A stretch of 57,856 nt of DNA from Dehalococcoidales bacterium (GTDB lineage Bacteria > Chloroflexota > Dehalococcoidia > Dehalococcoidales > UBA1222): NCBI GenBank assembly GCA_016286345.1, contig JAEESL010000004.1, forward strand, positions 1 to 57,856. The letters run 5' to 3'. The translations under genes were made by a program, and so were the position numbers. Shown in pieces: positions 37,226 to 48,249 of this stretch. Position 1 is the stretch's first letter; the number at the start of each line of letters is the position of its first letter. Under the pieces are notes generated by a model. It saw nothing but the letters and a program-made list of their open reading frames with translations. It was not told the DNA's origin and ran no database searches.

Positions 37226-38467
37226 ATGAAATACTACTATATTTGGACAATCGGCTGTCAGATGAATGAGTTCGAATCGGAGGAACTGCAGTCCCGTATT
37301 GAAGCTGCAGGATACTGCGAGGTATTTCGACCTGAAGAAGCTGATCTTATCGTAATGAATACATGTATGGTCAGGCAGAGCGCCGAGACAAAGGCAATCA
37401 ACAAACTTGAAAACCTTAAACCTCTCAAGAAATTAAACCCTGACCTGAAGATCATTCTGACAGGATGCCTTGTCGGTTTTGAAGGAGCTACCGATGCCCT
37501 GAAAAAACAGTTTAAATATGTAGATGAATTCCTGCCTCCCGGCAAACTTCCGGTCTGGCTGCAGAGTTATGACCGTCAGATGAAAACCGGAATATGCTCG
37601 TTCGTTCCGATACAGGAAGGATGCGATAATTTCTGCACATACTGTATCGTTCCATACAGACGCGGCAGGGAACACAGTGTACCGCTTGACGAAATAGAAC
37701 GTAAAGCGAGAAAGATGGTTGCTCTCGGAGCAAGAGAAATAACTGCACTGGGACAGAACGTGAATTCCTATGGCAAGGATCTTGTGCCTCAGGCTGATAT
37801 CACGGATGTCCTTGAAACACTCAATGCCATAGAGGATCTCAAAAGAATAAGATTCCTTACTAATCATCCCAAGGATATGACACGTAACTTAATTGAGACT
37901 ATGGCAAGACTTCCCAAGGTCTGCGAGCATATCAATCTGGCTGTTCAGTCAGGTAATAATGAAGTGCTGAGAAGAATGAACAGGAATTATACTGTTGAAC
38001 ATTTTCTGGATCTCGTAGATATGATGCGTGAGATCATACCCGATATCGCAATAGTCACGGATATGATCGTAGGCTTCCCGGGTGAGACCGAGGAACAGTT
38101 TATGGATACCATCGGACTGATAAAAAAGGTCGGATTTGATGCCATACATATTGCTGCTTACTCTCAGCGGTCCGGAACTTATGCTTCCGAACATCTGAAG
38201 GATGATGTTCCGGAAGAAGAAAAGGAAAGAAGACTTCATATGGTCGAAGATATACAGAAGGATATTCTTACTGAGAAGAACAAAAAGTATCTCGGTCAGA
38301 GTGTTGAAGTGCTTTTTGAGAGTAAAAAGAACGGCAGGTGGCAGGGCAGGACCAGAAGTGATAAACTAACCTTTACTGAAAGTGAAAAAGATCTCGCTGG
38401 AATAGTAACGAGAGTCAATATCGATAGGACTACAGCTTGGTCGTTACACGGTAATTTGGAGGAATAA
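37226..38467 (+). CDS. miaB: tRNA methylthiotransferase MiaB
   Basis: TIGCQMN, NTC.VRQSAE, GCDNFCTYC, IVGFPGET, TRAM domain; likely start 37226. Confidence 0.92.
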   Translation: MKYYYIWTIGCQMNEFESEELQSRIEAAGYCEVFRPEEADLIVMNTCMVRQSAETKAINKLENLKPLKKLNPDLKIILTGCLVGFEGATDALKKQFKYVDEFLPPGKLPVWLQSYDRQMKTGICSFVPIQEGCDNFCTYCIVPYRRGREHSVPLDEIERKARKMVALGAREITALGQNVNSYGKDLVPQADITDVLETLNAIEDLKRIRFLTNHPKDMTRNLIETMARLPKVCEHINLAVQSGNNEVLRRMNRNYTVEHFLDLVDMMREIIPDIAIVTDMIVGFPGETEEQFMDTIGLIKKVGFDAIHIAAYSQRSGTYASEHLKDDVPEEEKERRLHMVEDIQKDILTEKNKKYLGQSVEVLFESKKNGRWQGRTRSDKLTFTESEKDLAGIVTRVNIDRTTAWSLHGNLEE

Positions 38468-38824
38468 ATGTTTGATAGCCCTTACATCATGATTGTAGTC
38501 TTGGTGCTTATGATGGTTTTCTTTTATTTCATGATCATCAGACCCCAGAAAAAACAGCAGAAGGAAGCCCAGGATCGAATCAATTCACTCAAAGTAGGAG
38601 ATAAGGTCGTCACAATCGGTGGATTTTTCGGAACGATCAACCGAGTTCTTGATGACGGTTTTCTTCTCGAGGTAGCAAATGGCGTTGTCGTTAAGATTGC
38701 AAAGCAGGGTATTGCTTATCCCCAGAATCCTCCTGCAGCAACTTCTGAACCTGCTGCTGAAGAAACTGAAACTGCAAAAGATGACGACAAGAACAATCAG
38801 TCACCCATAGAAGATAAAAAATAA
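38468..38824 (+). CDS. yajC: preprotein translocase subunit YajC
   Basis: FYFMIIRPQKKQQK, LKVGDKVVTIGG. Confidence 0.95.
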   Translation: MFDSPYIMIVVLVLMMVFFYFMIIRPQKKQQKEAQDRINSLKVGDKVVTIGGFFGTINRVLDDGFLLEVANGVVVKIAKQGIAYPQNPPAATSEPAAEETETAKDDDKNNQSPIEDKK

Positions 38825-38971
38825 ACGTGCTGATCAAATAAAGTTTACAGCGTCAGGCGTAAATCGCACTTGTAATTTAGTGCCATTTACTGATATTATT
38901 ACAAACTGTTGTATAACGGAATAAAACAGTTTTACGTTTGTTTGGCTGTAAGATAGTTAGGAGTTAGAAAA

Positions 38972-39334
38972 ATGGCTGAAGATACTCAGAATAATGTTGC
39001 AGTAGAAGAAGCACCCAAGTCAGTGGTTCCTGAACTGGCTTCCGGTGATACTGTCAAGGTAAGCGTCCGAATTAAGGAAGGCGACAAATCCCGAATCCAG
39101 GTATTCGAAGGTGTCGTTATTAAGATCGTCAACAGTGTTGACGGCGGTAACTTTACTGTACGACGTGTAGCATATGGCGTTGGTGTTGAAAGAACCTTCC
39201 CCAGAATGAGCCCTATGCTTGCCAAAGTTGAAGTACTCAGACATGGTAAAGTTCGACGAGCTCGACTTTTCTACTTGAGAGATCGATCCGGTAAGGCTGC
39301 TCGTATCAAAGAACGCCGTGTCTTTACCAAGTAA
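38972..39334 (+). CDS. rplS: 50S ribosomal protein L19
   Basis: [34 protein letters not shown]. Confidence 0.98.
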   Translation: MAEDTQNNVAVEEAPKSVVPELASGDTVKVSVRIKEGDKSRIQVFEGVVIKIVNSVDGGNFTVRRVAYGVGVERTFPRMSPMLAKVEVLRHGKVRRARLFYLRDRSGKAARIKERRVFTK

Positions 39335-39357
39335 TTGGTATATTGAATCAGTAACTG

Positions 39358-39391
39358 AAATAGTCATGGAGAAATCCATGACTATTTTTTT
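39358..39391 (+). terminator. intrinsic terminator after rplS
   Basis: AAATAGTCATGGA-GAAA-TCCATGACTATTTTTTT. Confidence 0.9.
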
Positions 39392-39423
39392 ATTCAGCAG
39401 TTTTTCTTATTCGTTAATATATA

Positions 39424-41802
39424 ATGATATCTATGAGATACGCGGATGTATGTGTTGATTCCCCGGTATTGGCAAATGAGGGAATCTTTTCATATTCAGT
39501 GCCTGAAGGAATGTCTGTAAAGATCGGGCAGGCAGTTATCGTACCCTTCGGCAAAAGGATAATTCAGGGAATAGTAGTCGGCCTTCCTGACGAGCCGCAG
39601 GTTGAATCTGTTAAGGATATCGATGCTGTTATAGGTGATAACAACCTGATCAGACCGGATCAGATCGTGCTGGCAAAGATGATCAGCAATTATTACAAAT
39701 GTCCTTTGTATTCTTCAGTTTCTCTGTTCCTTCCGCCCGGTTTTAACCGTCAGTCAGTACAGTACGTATGGAAAACCGATAAGCAATCTGCTGCTGAATT
39801 ATCTGCAAACCAGCAGGAAATTCTGAACCAGCTGGACAATGGTCCGTGCAAGATATCCTTGTTCGATAAAAAGGATGTTCATTCCCTGATCGAAGCAGGA
39901 CTGGTCAGGACAGAATACAGACTGGGAATTCCGAGAGTCAAACCGAAGTACGAAGTAGTCTACAGATGTAAGCTTTCCAAAGATGCTTTTGATGAGAAAA
40001 ACAGATATCTTGTAGAGCACAGAATGTCAGCTCGTGCAAAACTGCTTTCTTTCATCTATTCTTCCGAAAAACCTTTGTCTATGACAGAGATAAAAAATGC
40101 CGGTTATACAAATAATCTTGTTAATCTTCTGGTTGCAGACGGTCTGATTGAAAAAAGACTAAGGGAAGTTATCAGAGGAACACTTAATTATCCCGCCACT
40201 TCGACTCTTCCCTATGAACTGACATACCATCAGAAGATTGCTCTCAGTGAGATCACCAAAGGAATATCAAAACAGAAGGGTGACAAATATCTGCTTCAGG
40301 GCGTAACGGGAAGCGGAAAAACTGAGGTGTACCTCAGAAGTGCGGAAGCTGCTTTGAATAAATCAAAGCAGGTTATTGTCCTGGTTCCCGAGTTAACTCT
40401 TGCGTCCCAGATAATAAAAGCCTTTTCACAGAGATTCCCGGGAAGAGTATCGATCCTGCACAGCGGAATGACTCTTGGTGAGAGATATGATCAGTGGAGA
40501 CAGATAAAAGCCGGTAAATGCGACATTGTGATCGGAGCAAGAAGTGCTGTCTTTTCTCCTGTCGAAAATATCGGACTGATAGTAATTGATGAAGAACATG
40601 AATATGCCTATAAGCAGAGCGACAGTCAGCCATTGTACCATGCCACAAGAATAGCTGAGACGATCTGCAAGATGACCGGGTGTGTCCTTGTTCTTGGCAG
40701 TGCAACACCTGATGTCTGTACCCGCTATGGTGCAGACCATAAAAGATACGAATTGCTCGAGCTTCCCAGACGGATCAATGGAAGCGACAAACTTGATTAC
40801 AGAATTGTAAATATGTGTGATGAAGTTAAGAATGGCAATACTTCGATTTTTTCCAAACTGCTCAGAGATAGTATCAGCGAAACACTGAAAAGAGGCGAAC
40901 AGGTCATTCTGTTCCTTAACAGACGCGGAGACGGGCAGTTCGTACAGTGTCATAACTGCGGATATGTGGTCAAGTGTAAAAGCTGCAATATTGCCATGAC
41001 ATATCATTCGGATATAAATAAGCTGATTTGTCACCGCTGTGATGCAAAAAAGAAATTGCCTGATATCTGTCCCAGCTGTAAAAAAAGTAAATTGACGGTG
41101 TATGGTATTGGCACTCAGACTGTGGAAAGAGAAGTCGCCCGTCTTTTCCCGAAAGCGAGAATGATGCGATGGGATGGCGATTCAGTAAAAAACAGTGTCA
41201 CGACTGAAAAGCTTATCTCAAGCATGGCCAATAAAGAAACAGATATTCTGATAGGTACCCAGTCTATTGCCAAAGGTCTTCATTTCCCTTTTGTAACGCT
41301 TGTAGGTGTCGTTTCAGCGGATATGTCGCTGAATATGCCTGACTTCAGGGCATGTGAGAGAACATTCCAGATCATCTCTCAGGCTGCCGGCAGAGCCGGA
41401 AGGGGAGATAAACCGGGGACTGTGATAATACAGACATATCAGCCTGATAATTACGCCATCACATCAACAAAAACTGAATATGATGACTTTTACAGAAAAG
41501 AAATAAAAATGCGTAAAGAGATGGGTTATCCTCCCTTCAGCAACATGGCCATAATCACCGGTGAAGAATCGGATGAGGAAAAAATAGTTGAGAAGATGCA
41601 GTCTTTGAAGGAACGGCTGATCAAACATGCCGGCAGTATGGATGTTTCGGTCAGTATCCTGGGACCGACTCCTTCATTCATCTCCAGGAGACGGGGAAAA
41701 TACAGGTATGAACTGAATATCTGCGGACAGGTCAACCGCTTGCTGGAAGGAATCAATATACCCAGGGAATACTTTATTAACAAAGATCCACTCGGTTTAT
41801 GA
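39424..41802 (+). CDS. priA: primosomal protein N' (PriA)
   Basis: GVTGSGKTEVY, DEEHE, GSATP, four CxxC pairs, GRAGR. Confidence 0.97.
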   Translation: MISMRYADVCVDSPVLANEGIFSYSVPEGMSVKIGQAVIVPFGKRIIQGIVVGLPDEPQVESVKDIDAVIGDNNLIRPDQIVLAKMISNYYKCPLYSSVSLFLPPGFNRQSVQYVWKTDKQSAAELSANQQEILNQLDNGPCKISLFDKKDVHSLIEAGLVRTEYRLGIPRVKPKYEVVYRCKLSKDAFDEKNRYLVEHRMSARAKLLSFIYSSEKPLSMTEIKNAGYTNNLVNLLVADGLIEKRLREVIRGTLNYPATSTLPYELTYHQKIALSEITKGISKQKGDKYLLQGVTGSGKTEVYLRSAEAALNKSKQVIVLVPELTLASQIIKAFSQRFPGRVSILHSGMTLGERYDQWRQIKAGKCDIVIGARSAVFSPVENIGLIVIDEEHEYAYKQSDSQPLYHATRIAETICKMTGCVLVLGSATPDVCTRYGADHKRYELLELPRRINGSDKLDYRIVNMCDEVKNGNTSIFSKLLRDSISETLKRGEQVILFLNRRGDGQFVQCHNCGYVVKCKSCNIAMTYHSDINKLICHRCDAKKKLPDICPSCKKSKLTVYGIGTQTVEREVARLFPKARMMRWDGDSVKNSVTTEKLISSMANKETDILIGTQSIAKGLHFPFVTLVGVVSADMSLNMPDFRACERTFQIISQAAGRAGRGDKPGTVIIQTYQPDNYAITSTKTEYDDFYRKEIKMRKEMGYPPFSNMAIITGEESDEEKIVEKMQSLKERLIKHAGSMDVSVSILGPTPSFISRRRGKYRYELNICGQVNRLLEGINIPREYFINKDPLGL

Positions 41803-41826
41803 GTATGTGCTATTATCTCTAATAAT

Positions 41827-43308
41827 ATGCTCGATTTCATTAAATACATTGGTAAGCCTGAAAAGCAGGTATTAAACGATTGGGTATCTTCCTTCCCGGA
41901 CGTTCCATCATATATCGTAGGCGGCACTGTACGTGACTGCATACTTAAAAAGACGATTTCAGACGTTGATATTGCGGTTGAAAAGATCCCGTTCGAAGAT
42001 ATAGAACAGTTTGCCGTTCAGCATGAACTCAAGGCGATATGGCTTGACCGTGAAAACGGAGTGATACGCATACTTCCAAGGGATAATGAATGGCATATCG
42101 ATGTCGTTTATATCAGCAGTATTGAAGAAGATCTGAACAGACGTGATTTTACCTGCAATGCTCTTGCTGTAGACCTTAAAGAAGCATTGAACGGTGAACC
42201 GGAACTGATAGATTTCTGCGGAGGACTAAAAGATACTCTTGCTCACAAGCTCAGAGTTCTGAATGACAATACTCTTACTGAGGATCCTATCAGAATACTG
42301 AGAGGAATCAGGTTAAGTGCAACACTGGGTTTCTCTCTTACTCTTTCTGCCAGGAAACAGATAAAACGAGATGCATACTGCCTGGAAAAAAGTGCAGGCG
42401 AAAGAGTCAGAGACGAACTGCTTGCATTGCTGAGAGCCCAGGATTCATCAAAATACTTTCAGCTTATGCTTGATCTCGGAATCATTGACATACTCTTTCC
42501 TGAAATGCTGCCCTCGTTGGAAGTGGATCAGCCGGGTGAGCAGCAGTGGGATGTTTTCCACCATTCCATCAATACTATGGATGCTTTTGATTTTATTGCC
42601 CGTAAAGGTAAATGGCCATATACAGATAAAGAGGTTCTTAAATACTTTATATGGGATGATGAACTTGCTGATCATTTTAATGAGGAGATCAGTTTCGGCA
42701 GTACCCGTCACGAGCTTATGAAAATGGCAGCCTTCCTGCATGATGTTTCGAAGCCTGAAACAAGACTTGTAACACCTGAAGGAAAGATACGTTTTTACGG
42801 ACATCCGAAGAAAGGTGCTGAAGTCAGCCGTGAAATTCTGAAAAGACTGCGTTTCAGCAGTAAGGAAACTGATATTATCTGCAGGCTTATTGAACACCAT
42901 CTCCATCCGGTTCAGCTGTCAGGGAAAAGAGAAGAGGAATTCGTGCCTCCAACATCCAGATCGTTATATCGGTACTGCCGTGATCTGGGCAATGAGGCAA
43001 TAGATGCAACATATCTTTGTCTGGCCGATGAACTGGCGGCTGTTGGAGAGAGTTTAGATTTAACAAACTGGATTTGGCATGGTAAAATCAACAACTGTAT
43101 TGTTGAGTATTACCGTCAGATAAAAAGTGCCCCGTTAATTAAACTCATAAATGGCAATGACTTGCTGAATATGGGATTAAAAGGGCCTTTGATCGGACAG
43201 TTACTTGACCAGGTTAGGACATTACAGAGTGAAGGTACGATTCAAACTCGTTCCGAAGCTTTGGAATATGTAAATAAAATACTTGAACAGGGGCAAAATG
43301 AAACGTAA
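41827..43308 (+). CDS. class II tRNA nucleotidyltransferase with HD domain, probably CC-adding
   Basis: GGTVRD..DVD, RRDFTCNA, EDPIRILR, LHDVSKP; short segment before EEDLNRRD. Confidence 0.85.
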   Translation: MLDFIKYIGKPEKQVLNDWVSSFPDVPSYIVGGTVRDCILKKTISDVDIAVEKIPFEDIEQFAVQHELKAIWLDRENGVIRILPRDNEWHIDVVYISSIEEDLNRRDFTCNALAVDLKEALNGEPELIDFCGGLKDTLAHKLRVLNDNTLTEDPIRILRGIRLSATLGFSLTLSARKQIKRDAYCLEKSAGERVRDELLALLRAQDSSKYFQLMLDLGIIDILFPEMLPSLEVDQPGEQQWDVFHHSINTMDAFDFIARKGKWPYTDKEVLKYFIWDDELADHFNEEISFGSTRHELMKMAAFLHDVSKPETRLVTPEGKIRFYGHPKKGAEVSREILKRLRFSSKETDIICRLIEHHLHPVQLSGKREEEFVPPTSRSLYRYCRDLGNEAIDATYLCLADELAAVGESLDLTNWIWHGKINNCIVEYYRQIKSAPLIKLINGNDLLNMGLKGPLIGQLLDQVRTLQSEGTIQTRSEALEYVNKILEQGQNET

Positions 43309-44611
43309 AAGCTACTGGCAGATTTCAGTGGTACTGGTTGTGCTTGTATTGGCATTACTGGTCGTGTTCCCTATTCATCGCGGCATTCTCGGTCATAAGG
43401 ATGTAGTTTTAGGTCTCGATCTTCAGGGCGGTCTCTATCTGGTATATGAAGCGGATCTTGAAAACATCGAAGACAAGAATGTCGATGATGTATTGAGCGG
43501 AATCACTTCAGTTATTCAGAACCGAGTTAATCCTCTTGGTTTAACTGAAGCTTCTATTGAACAGCAGGGCGAAAACCGAATTGCTGTCCAATTACCTGGT
43601 GCTACACTGACCCAGGATCAGATCGATGCGATCGGAAGGACCGCATTGCTTGAGTTCAGAGAACAGTCAACTGATGCAGACGGAAAATTAATCTGGATTC
43701 CTGCAACAGGTGAACTCAACGGAGAAACAGTTGTATTGTCATCCAATTACTTCAAGGATAATACCTATGTTGCAATGGATGATACGACAAAAGCAATCTA
43801 TCTTGTATTCAATTTCACTGAAGAAGGTGCCAAACTTTCAGAACAGGTTACCACCCGTTTGCTTCATAAACAGCTCGGTATCTTCGAAGGTGATCAGATG
43901 CTGATGGATGCTACCGTTCAGGCTGTTATTACAACCAGCGGTCAGATCACAGGTCTTTCTTCAGCAGAAGCTACAATCCTTTCAAAACAGTTGAATGCCG
44001 GCCGATTACCTGTCGCACTGGACATGGTATATCAGGAAACGGTCACACCGACACTCGGTGCTGATTTTGTCCGTCTGGCTGTTATTGCGGCTGTCATCGG
44101 AACCATCCTTGTGATGTTGCTGATGAGCTTATATTATAAAGTTCCCGGTATTGTTTCATCTGTGGCACTGCTTATATATGCCGTGATTCTTCTGGCAGTA
44201 TTTAAGCTTTTCAATGTTACATTATCACTGGCCGCAATCGGTGGTTTCGTAGTATCCATCGGTATGGCTGTTGATGCCAATGTTCTTATTTTTGAACGAT
44301 TGAAAGAAGAACTTGCCAATAAGAGAACCCTGAATGCGGCTTGTGAAGTTGGTTTCAGCCGAGCATGGTCCGCTATCTGGGACTCAAATATTACCACCAT
44401 CATTGCCTGTATAATCCTGGCAGTTATGGGTTCAAGCATCCCGGGCGGTGCCTCGGTTCAGGGCTTCGCTATTACTCTGCTCATCGGTGTGATCGTCAGT
44501 CTTTTCACTGCAACATTTGTCACCAGATCATTACTGAGACTTGTTGTTGCCACTCCTCTTTCAAACAATCCTGGTTTATTCACACCTGCAAGGAGGAGAA
44601 AAGATGCTTAA
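43298..44611 (+). CDS. secD: protein translocase subunit SecD
   Basis: LGLDLQGG, RIAVQLPG, IGMAVDANVLIFER, DSNITT. Confidence 0.96.
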   Translation: MKRKSYWQISVVLVVLVLALLVVFPIHRGILGHKDVVLGLDLQGGLYLVYEADLENIEDKNVDDVLSGITSVIQNRVNPLGLTEASIEQQGENRIAVQLPGATLTQDQIDAIGRTALLEFREQSTDADGKLIWIPATGELNGETVVLSSNYFKDNTYVAMDDTTKAIYLVFNFTEEGAKLSEQVTTRLLHKQLGIFEGDQMLMDATVQAVITTSGQITGLSSAEATILSKQLNAGRLPVALDMVYQETVTPTLGADFVRLAVIAAVIGTILVMLLMSLYYKVPGIVSSVALLIYAVILLAVFKLFNVTLSLAAIGGFVVSIGMAVDANVLIFERLKEELANKRTLNAACEVGFSRAWSAIWDSNITTIIACIILAVMGSSIPGGASVQGFAITLLIGVIVSLFTATFVTRSLLRLVVATPLSNNPGLFTPARRRKDA

Positions 44612-45509
44612 TATTATCGGAAACAGATTCAAGTTACTCTTAGCAGGCATCGTTGCATTACTTGTCAGTGTTATTTTGCTGGTGATTTTCGGCCTTAAAC
44701 CGGGTCTTGAATTCACAAGCGGTACTATGTTTACTCTTCGTTTTGAAGATCAGACTGAACTTTCTGTAGCTGAAGTCCGTTCAGCTATGAATGATCTCGG
44801 TTATGCAAATGCTGTCGTTCAGTCCACATCCCGCGGCGATTTCCAGATCAGAATCAGCCTTGCGGAAAATGATGAAGTCAGCCAGATAGAAAACAAACTC
44901 GCTGAGAAATACGGCAAAGTGACCAGAGAAGGTATCACAAAGGTTGAACCTACTATTTCACATCAGACTGTCCGTGCAACTGTGATTGCTATTATTGCCG
45001 CATCCATCGGTATGCTGCTGTATATCACTTTTGCATTCAGAAGAATGCCTAATCCGTTCCAGTATGGTGCATGTGCTATCATCACTTTGATCTGGGACCT
45101 TACAATGGTCATCGGCACTTTCGCACTTATTGCCGGTATAGCCGACTGGGAAATCAACCTGATGTTCATCACCGGTCTCCTCTCAGTTATTGGTTACAGT
45201 GTCAATGATAAGATAGTTATGTTCGACCGAATCCGAGAGAACAAACGAAGATCAGTTTCAACCAACTTCTCCACTCTCGCAAATGTTTCTGTTGTTGAAT
45301 CGATCAACCGTTCACTTCTTACTTCAGTCAGTACAATGCTTGCAGTTCTTGCATTGATGTTCTTTGTCGGTTCATCTATCAAAACATTCCTTATGGTTCT
45401 CCTTCTCGGTATCATTTACGGTACATACAGCTCCATTTTCTTCTGTGTACCTTTCCTCACCGTTTGGGAAAACAGAGAATGGGGTAAGATCTTTTCCTTC
45501 GGTAAATAA
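44604..45509 (+). CDS. secF: protein translocase subunit SecF
   Basis: GLEFTSG, IGYSVND..MFDRIRE, GTYSSIF; AGGAG RBS before ATG 44604. Confidence 0.96.
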   Translation: MLNIIGNRFKLLLAGIVALLVSVILLVIFGLKPGLEFTSGTMFTLRFEDQTELSVAEVRSAMNDLGYANAVVQSTSRGDFQIRISLAENDEVSQIENKLAEKYGKVTREGITKVEPTISHQTVRATVIAIIAASIGMLLYITFAFRRMPNPFQYGACAIITLIWDLTMVIGTFALIAGIADWEINLMFITGLLSVIGYSVNDKIVMFDRIRENKRRSVSTNFSTLANVSVVESINRSLLTSVSTMLAVLALMFFVGSSIKTFLMVLLLGIIYGTYSSIFFCVPFLTVWENREWGKIFSFGK

Positions 45510-45531
45510 CCGGTTGTTTTGGTTTGCATAC

Positions 45532-45569
45532 AGGGGTTCCGATTTAAGATAATCGGAACCCTTTTTTTT
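45532..45569 (+). terminator. intrinsic terminator after secF
   Basis: GGGTTCCGATT-TAAGAT-AATCGGAACCC followed by T8. Confidence 0.88.
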
Positions 45570-45596
45570 AATTTCAGAAAACGGGTATCATTAAGT

Positions 45597-46784
45597 ATGA
45601 TTGATTTAATTGAAGAACAGCGTCTGAAAGAAGCAAAAAGAATTGAAAGGGTGCTGAGCTATCAGAGATGGCTTTATGTGCCTGCTCTTCTTCTGACAAC
45701 ACTGATGTATGACAGATTGTTTTCCATTTGGACACTGTTTCTTCTTCTGTCACTTGTCCTGACCAATGTTGCAGTGTGGTTTTTCAGCACACGAAGCGAT
45801 ACATACAGGAAACAGCTTGTTCTTGGTTGGGCTGTTCTGATCATCGATACTATCATTCTAATAGGACTTGCATTGTTCCTGCTTCAGGTCGGCAATTCAT
45901 TTATCATAGCTGCATTCTTCCTTATCGTAACTGAAGCATCTGTCCGGTTCGGGCTTAAGGGCAGTCTGATCGTAGATATTATCTGTGCAGCCATTATTGC
46001 ATTTCTGTATAAAGTTGCAAATGATAATTTCGGTGTTGAAATCAGTTTTGCAGATTATATGGTAAATATCGGCATCATGAGTTTTGTTTCATTGATGGTC
46101 GGAATGTCATCACGAAATTCATCCAAACTGAGAGAATCACTGAATCAGCTTGCCAGGGAAAGAGCTCTTATTGAGGAAAGACACAGAATGTCCAACGAAC
46201 TTCATGACAGCGTTCTGAAATCTCTTCAGGGCCTTTCATTGGAAGCATATGCATTTGGTGCAGGATCTGATGATGAAAAGATCAAAAAGGAATCCGAATA
46301 TATTGCAGGTGTCTGCCAGCAACTCAGTCATGATATCCGTAATATCATTCTGGAACTCCGTGAAGATTCACAGAAAGGTGATATTTCAGATCAGCTGCAG
46401 GTGATCGTCAATAAATACAATGGGCAGAAAGGCCTTCAGTGTGAACTGGAATGCAGTGAAAAAATAGATAATCTGCCGCTCAAACTGAGACATGATCTTA
46501 TCGAGATAACTCAGGAAGCACTTCATAATGTTATAAAGCATTCGTCTGCAACCAGTGCAAAGGTTACCCTGAAAAAACAGGAAGACGAATTGTGTCTTAT
46601 AATACGGGACAACGGAGAAGGCTTTAAAGAAGAAGTGACTGATTTCAATACTTTCGTGAATATGGGTAAAATAGGACTTGCTTCCATAAAAGAAAGAACT
46701 GACAGTCATAATGGTATCCTTTCAGTGGATAGTTCAGACCAGGGTACTGTGATCAGTGTTACAATACCACTCAAAAGCACTTAA
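45597..46784 (+). CDS. membrane sensor histidine kinase (HisKA_3, NarX/DesK type)
   Basis: ERHRMSNELHDSV H-box, EALHNVIKHS, DNGEGF; multiple TMs. Confidence 0.92.
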   Translation: MIDLIEEQRLKEAKRIERVLSYQRWLYVPALLLTTLMYDRLFSIWTLFLLLSLVLTNVAVWFFSTRSDTYRKQLVLGWAVLIIDTIILIGLALFLLQVGNSFIIAAFFLIVTEASVRFGLKGSLIVDIICAAIIAFLYKVANDNFGVEISFADYMVNIGIMSFVSLMVGMSSRNSSKLRESLNQLARERALIEERHRMSNELHDSVLKSLQGLSLEAYAFGAGSDDEKIKKESEYIAGVCQQLSHDIRNIILELREDSQKGDISDQLQVIVNKYNGQKGLQCELECSEKIDNLPLKLRHDLIEITQEALHNVIKHSSATSAKVTLKKQEDELCLIIRDNGEGFKEEVTDFNTFVNMGKIGLASIKERTDSHNGILSVDSSDQGTVISVTIPLKST

Positions 46785-46803
46785 AAGCTGAAAAGGCGAA
46801 GTT

Positions 46804-47463
46804 TTGGAACAGATAAGATTATTTATAGTTGATGACAATTTTGTGGCCAGACGTGGTCTCAGGACCGTTTTGGAAAAAGAAGAGAGCTTCAGTGTGATCG
46901 GTGAAGCTGCCAGCGGACTGGATTTGCTGAAATCCGAAGAATTGAAAGATGCCGATATGGTATTAATGGATATCAGGATGGCCGGAATGGGTGGTATCCA
47001 GGCAACCGCAGAAGTTAAAAAGAAGTATCCTGAAATAACAGTACTGGCGATGACAAGTGTTGATGATCCGATCATTCTGGCGAATATCATAAATGCAGGC
47101 GCATGCGGATATCTGGTATATGGCCAGTTTCAGCCCAATGAAATGATAGATGCTATCAAAAAGGCGGCAGCCGGGGAAAAAGTGTTTATACCGCAGCTTG
47201 ATCAGTTCTTTGATTCAAACACAGTCAGTACACTGTATGATATAAAAACTTATTATCACGATCCTCTGACTGCAAGAGAGGAAGATGTTCTCAGTCTTAT
47301 CGGCAACGGATTCGATAACTCCCAGATATCAGCCATCATGGGAATCAATGAAAAAACTGTGAAGAATTATGTGACCCGTATCTATTCGAAACTCGGTGTG
47401 ACAAACAGACGTGAAGCTATTCTGTATGTTTTGAATCATATCCTGACGGGGGAAAACTACTAG
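46804..47463 (+). CDS. NarL/LuxR family response regulator
   Basis: IVDD, LMDIRM receiver; LTAREEDVL...EKTVKNYV..IYSKLGV HTH. Confidence 0.93.
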   Translation: MEQIRLFIVDDNFVARRGLRTVLEKEESFSVIGEAASGLDLLKSEELKDADMVLMDIRMAGMGGIQATAEVKKKYPEITVLAMTSVDDPIILANIINAGACGYLVYGQFQPNEMIDAIKKAAAGEKVFIPQLDQFFDSNTVSTLYDIKTYYHDPLTAREEDVLSLIGNGFDNSQISAIMGINEKTVKNYVTRIYSKLGVTNRREAILYVLNHILTGENY

Positions 47464-48248
47464 AATCTTGAGATAAATTCATCAAAGTTCTTGTAAAGGA
47501 TATTATCCAGTTCAAAGTCCTTCAGAGGTAAGCTTCTTAATATCTCAAGTTCATCTTTTGCATCCCACATGGGATAGTCAGATCCGAAAAATATCTTTTC
47601 AGAACCATATGTATGCAGAAGTTTTATGATCGTTTCTCTGTCAGTAAGCTGCATGGAAGATGAAGTGTCAACGTGGATATTCTCTCGTTTTGCCATTTCT
47701 TCAGCGTGGTCGCCCCAGATAGACCATCCACCGAAATGAGCAAGGATCATCTCCAGTTCAGGATGCTTGTCGCTGATATGCAGAAGTCGTTCGGGTCTTG
47801 AAAATTCTGTTCTGTAATCACCTGCATGAAACAGGACAGGCACTCTGCCGTTTATTATGGAATACAGTCTCATGGCGTCATCATTGTCGCAGTTGAATTT
47901 CTGAAAATCCGGATGGAGTTTGATGCCTTTGAGGCCGATTGCAATAAGATTTTCAACCTGTTCTTCCATGTCATCCGCACCTGGGAAGATAGTGCCGAAT
48001 CCGTAAAATTTATCGGGGTGTTCAGCAACACTGGCTGCAATGAAATTGTTGATCGAATGGACCTGTTCAGGTTTTGTTGCCACAGAACAAACCAATGCTT
48101 TGTCCACACCGGCTCTTTTGTGAACATCCAAAAGGCCCTGAACTGTACCCGGGCACTGTATGGTGATTTCATAGAAATCACCGATGCCTTTGACTGCTCT
48201 CTCTGCAATTTTATCGGGGTATATATGTGTATGTGTGTCGATTATCAT
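47460..48248 (-). CDS. amidohydrolase family protein
   Basis: IDTHTH, GIKLHP, LAHFGG, FGSDYP. Confidence 0.9.
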   Translation of the reverse strand: MIIDTHTHIYPDKIAERAVKGIGDFYEITIQCPGTVQGLLDVHKRAGVDKALVCSVATKPEQVHSINNFIAASVAEHPDKFYGFGTIFPGADDMEEQVENLIAIGLKGIKLHPDFQKFNCDNDDAMRLYSIINGRVPVLFHAGDYRTEFSRPERLLHISDKHPELEMILAHFGGWSIWGDHAEEMAKRENIHVDTSSSMQLTDRETIIKLLHTYGSEKIFFGSDYPMWDAKDELEILRSLPLKDFELDNILYKNFDEFISRF

Positions 48249-48249
48249 T

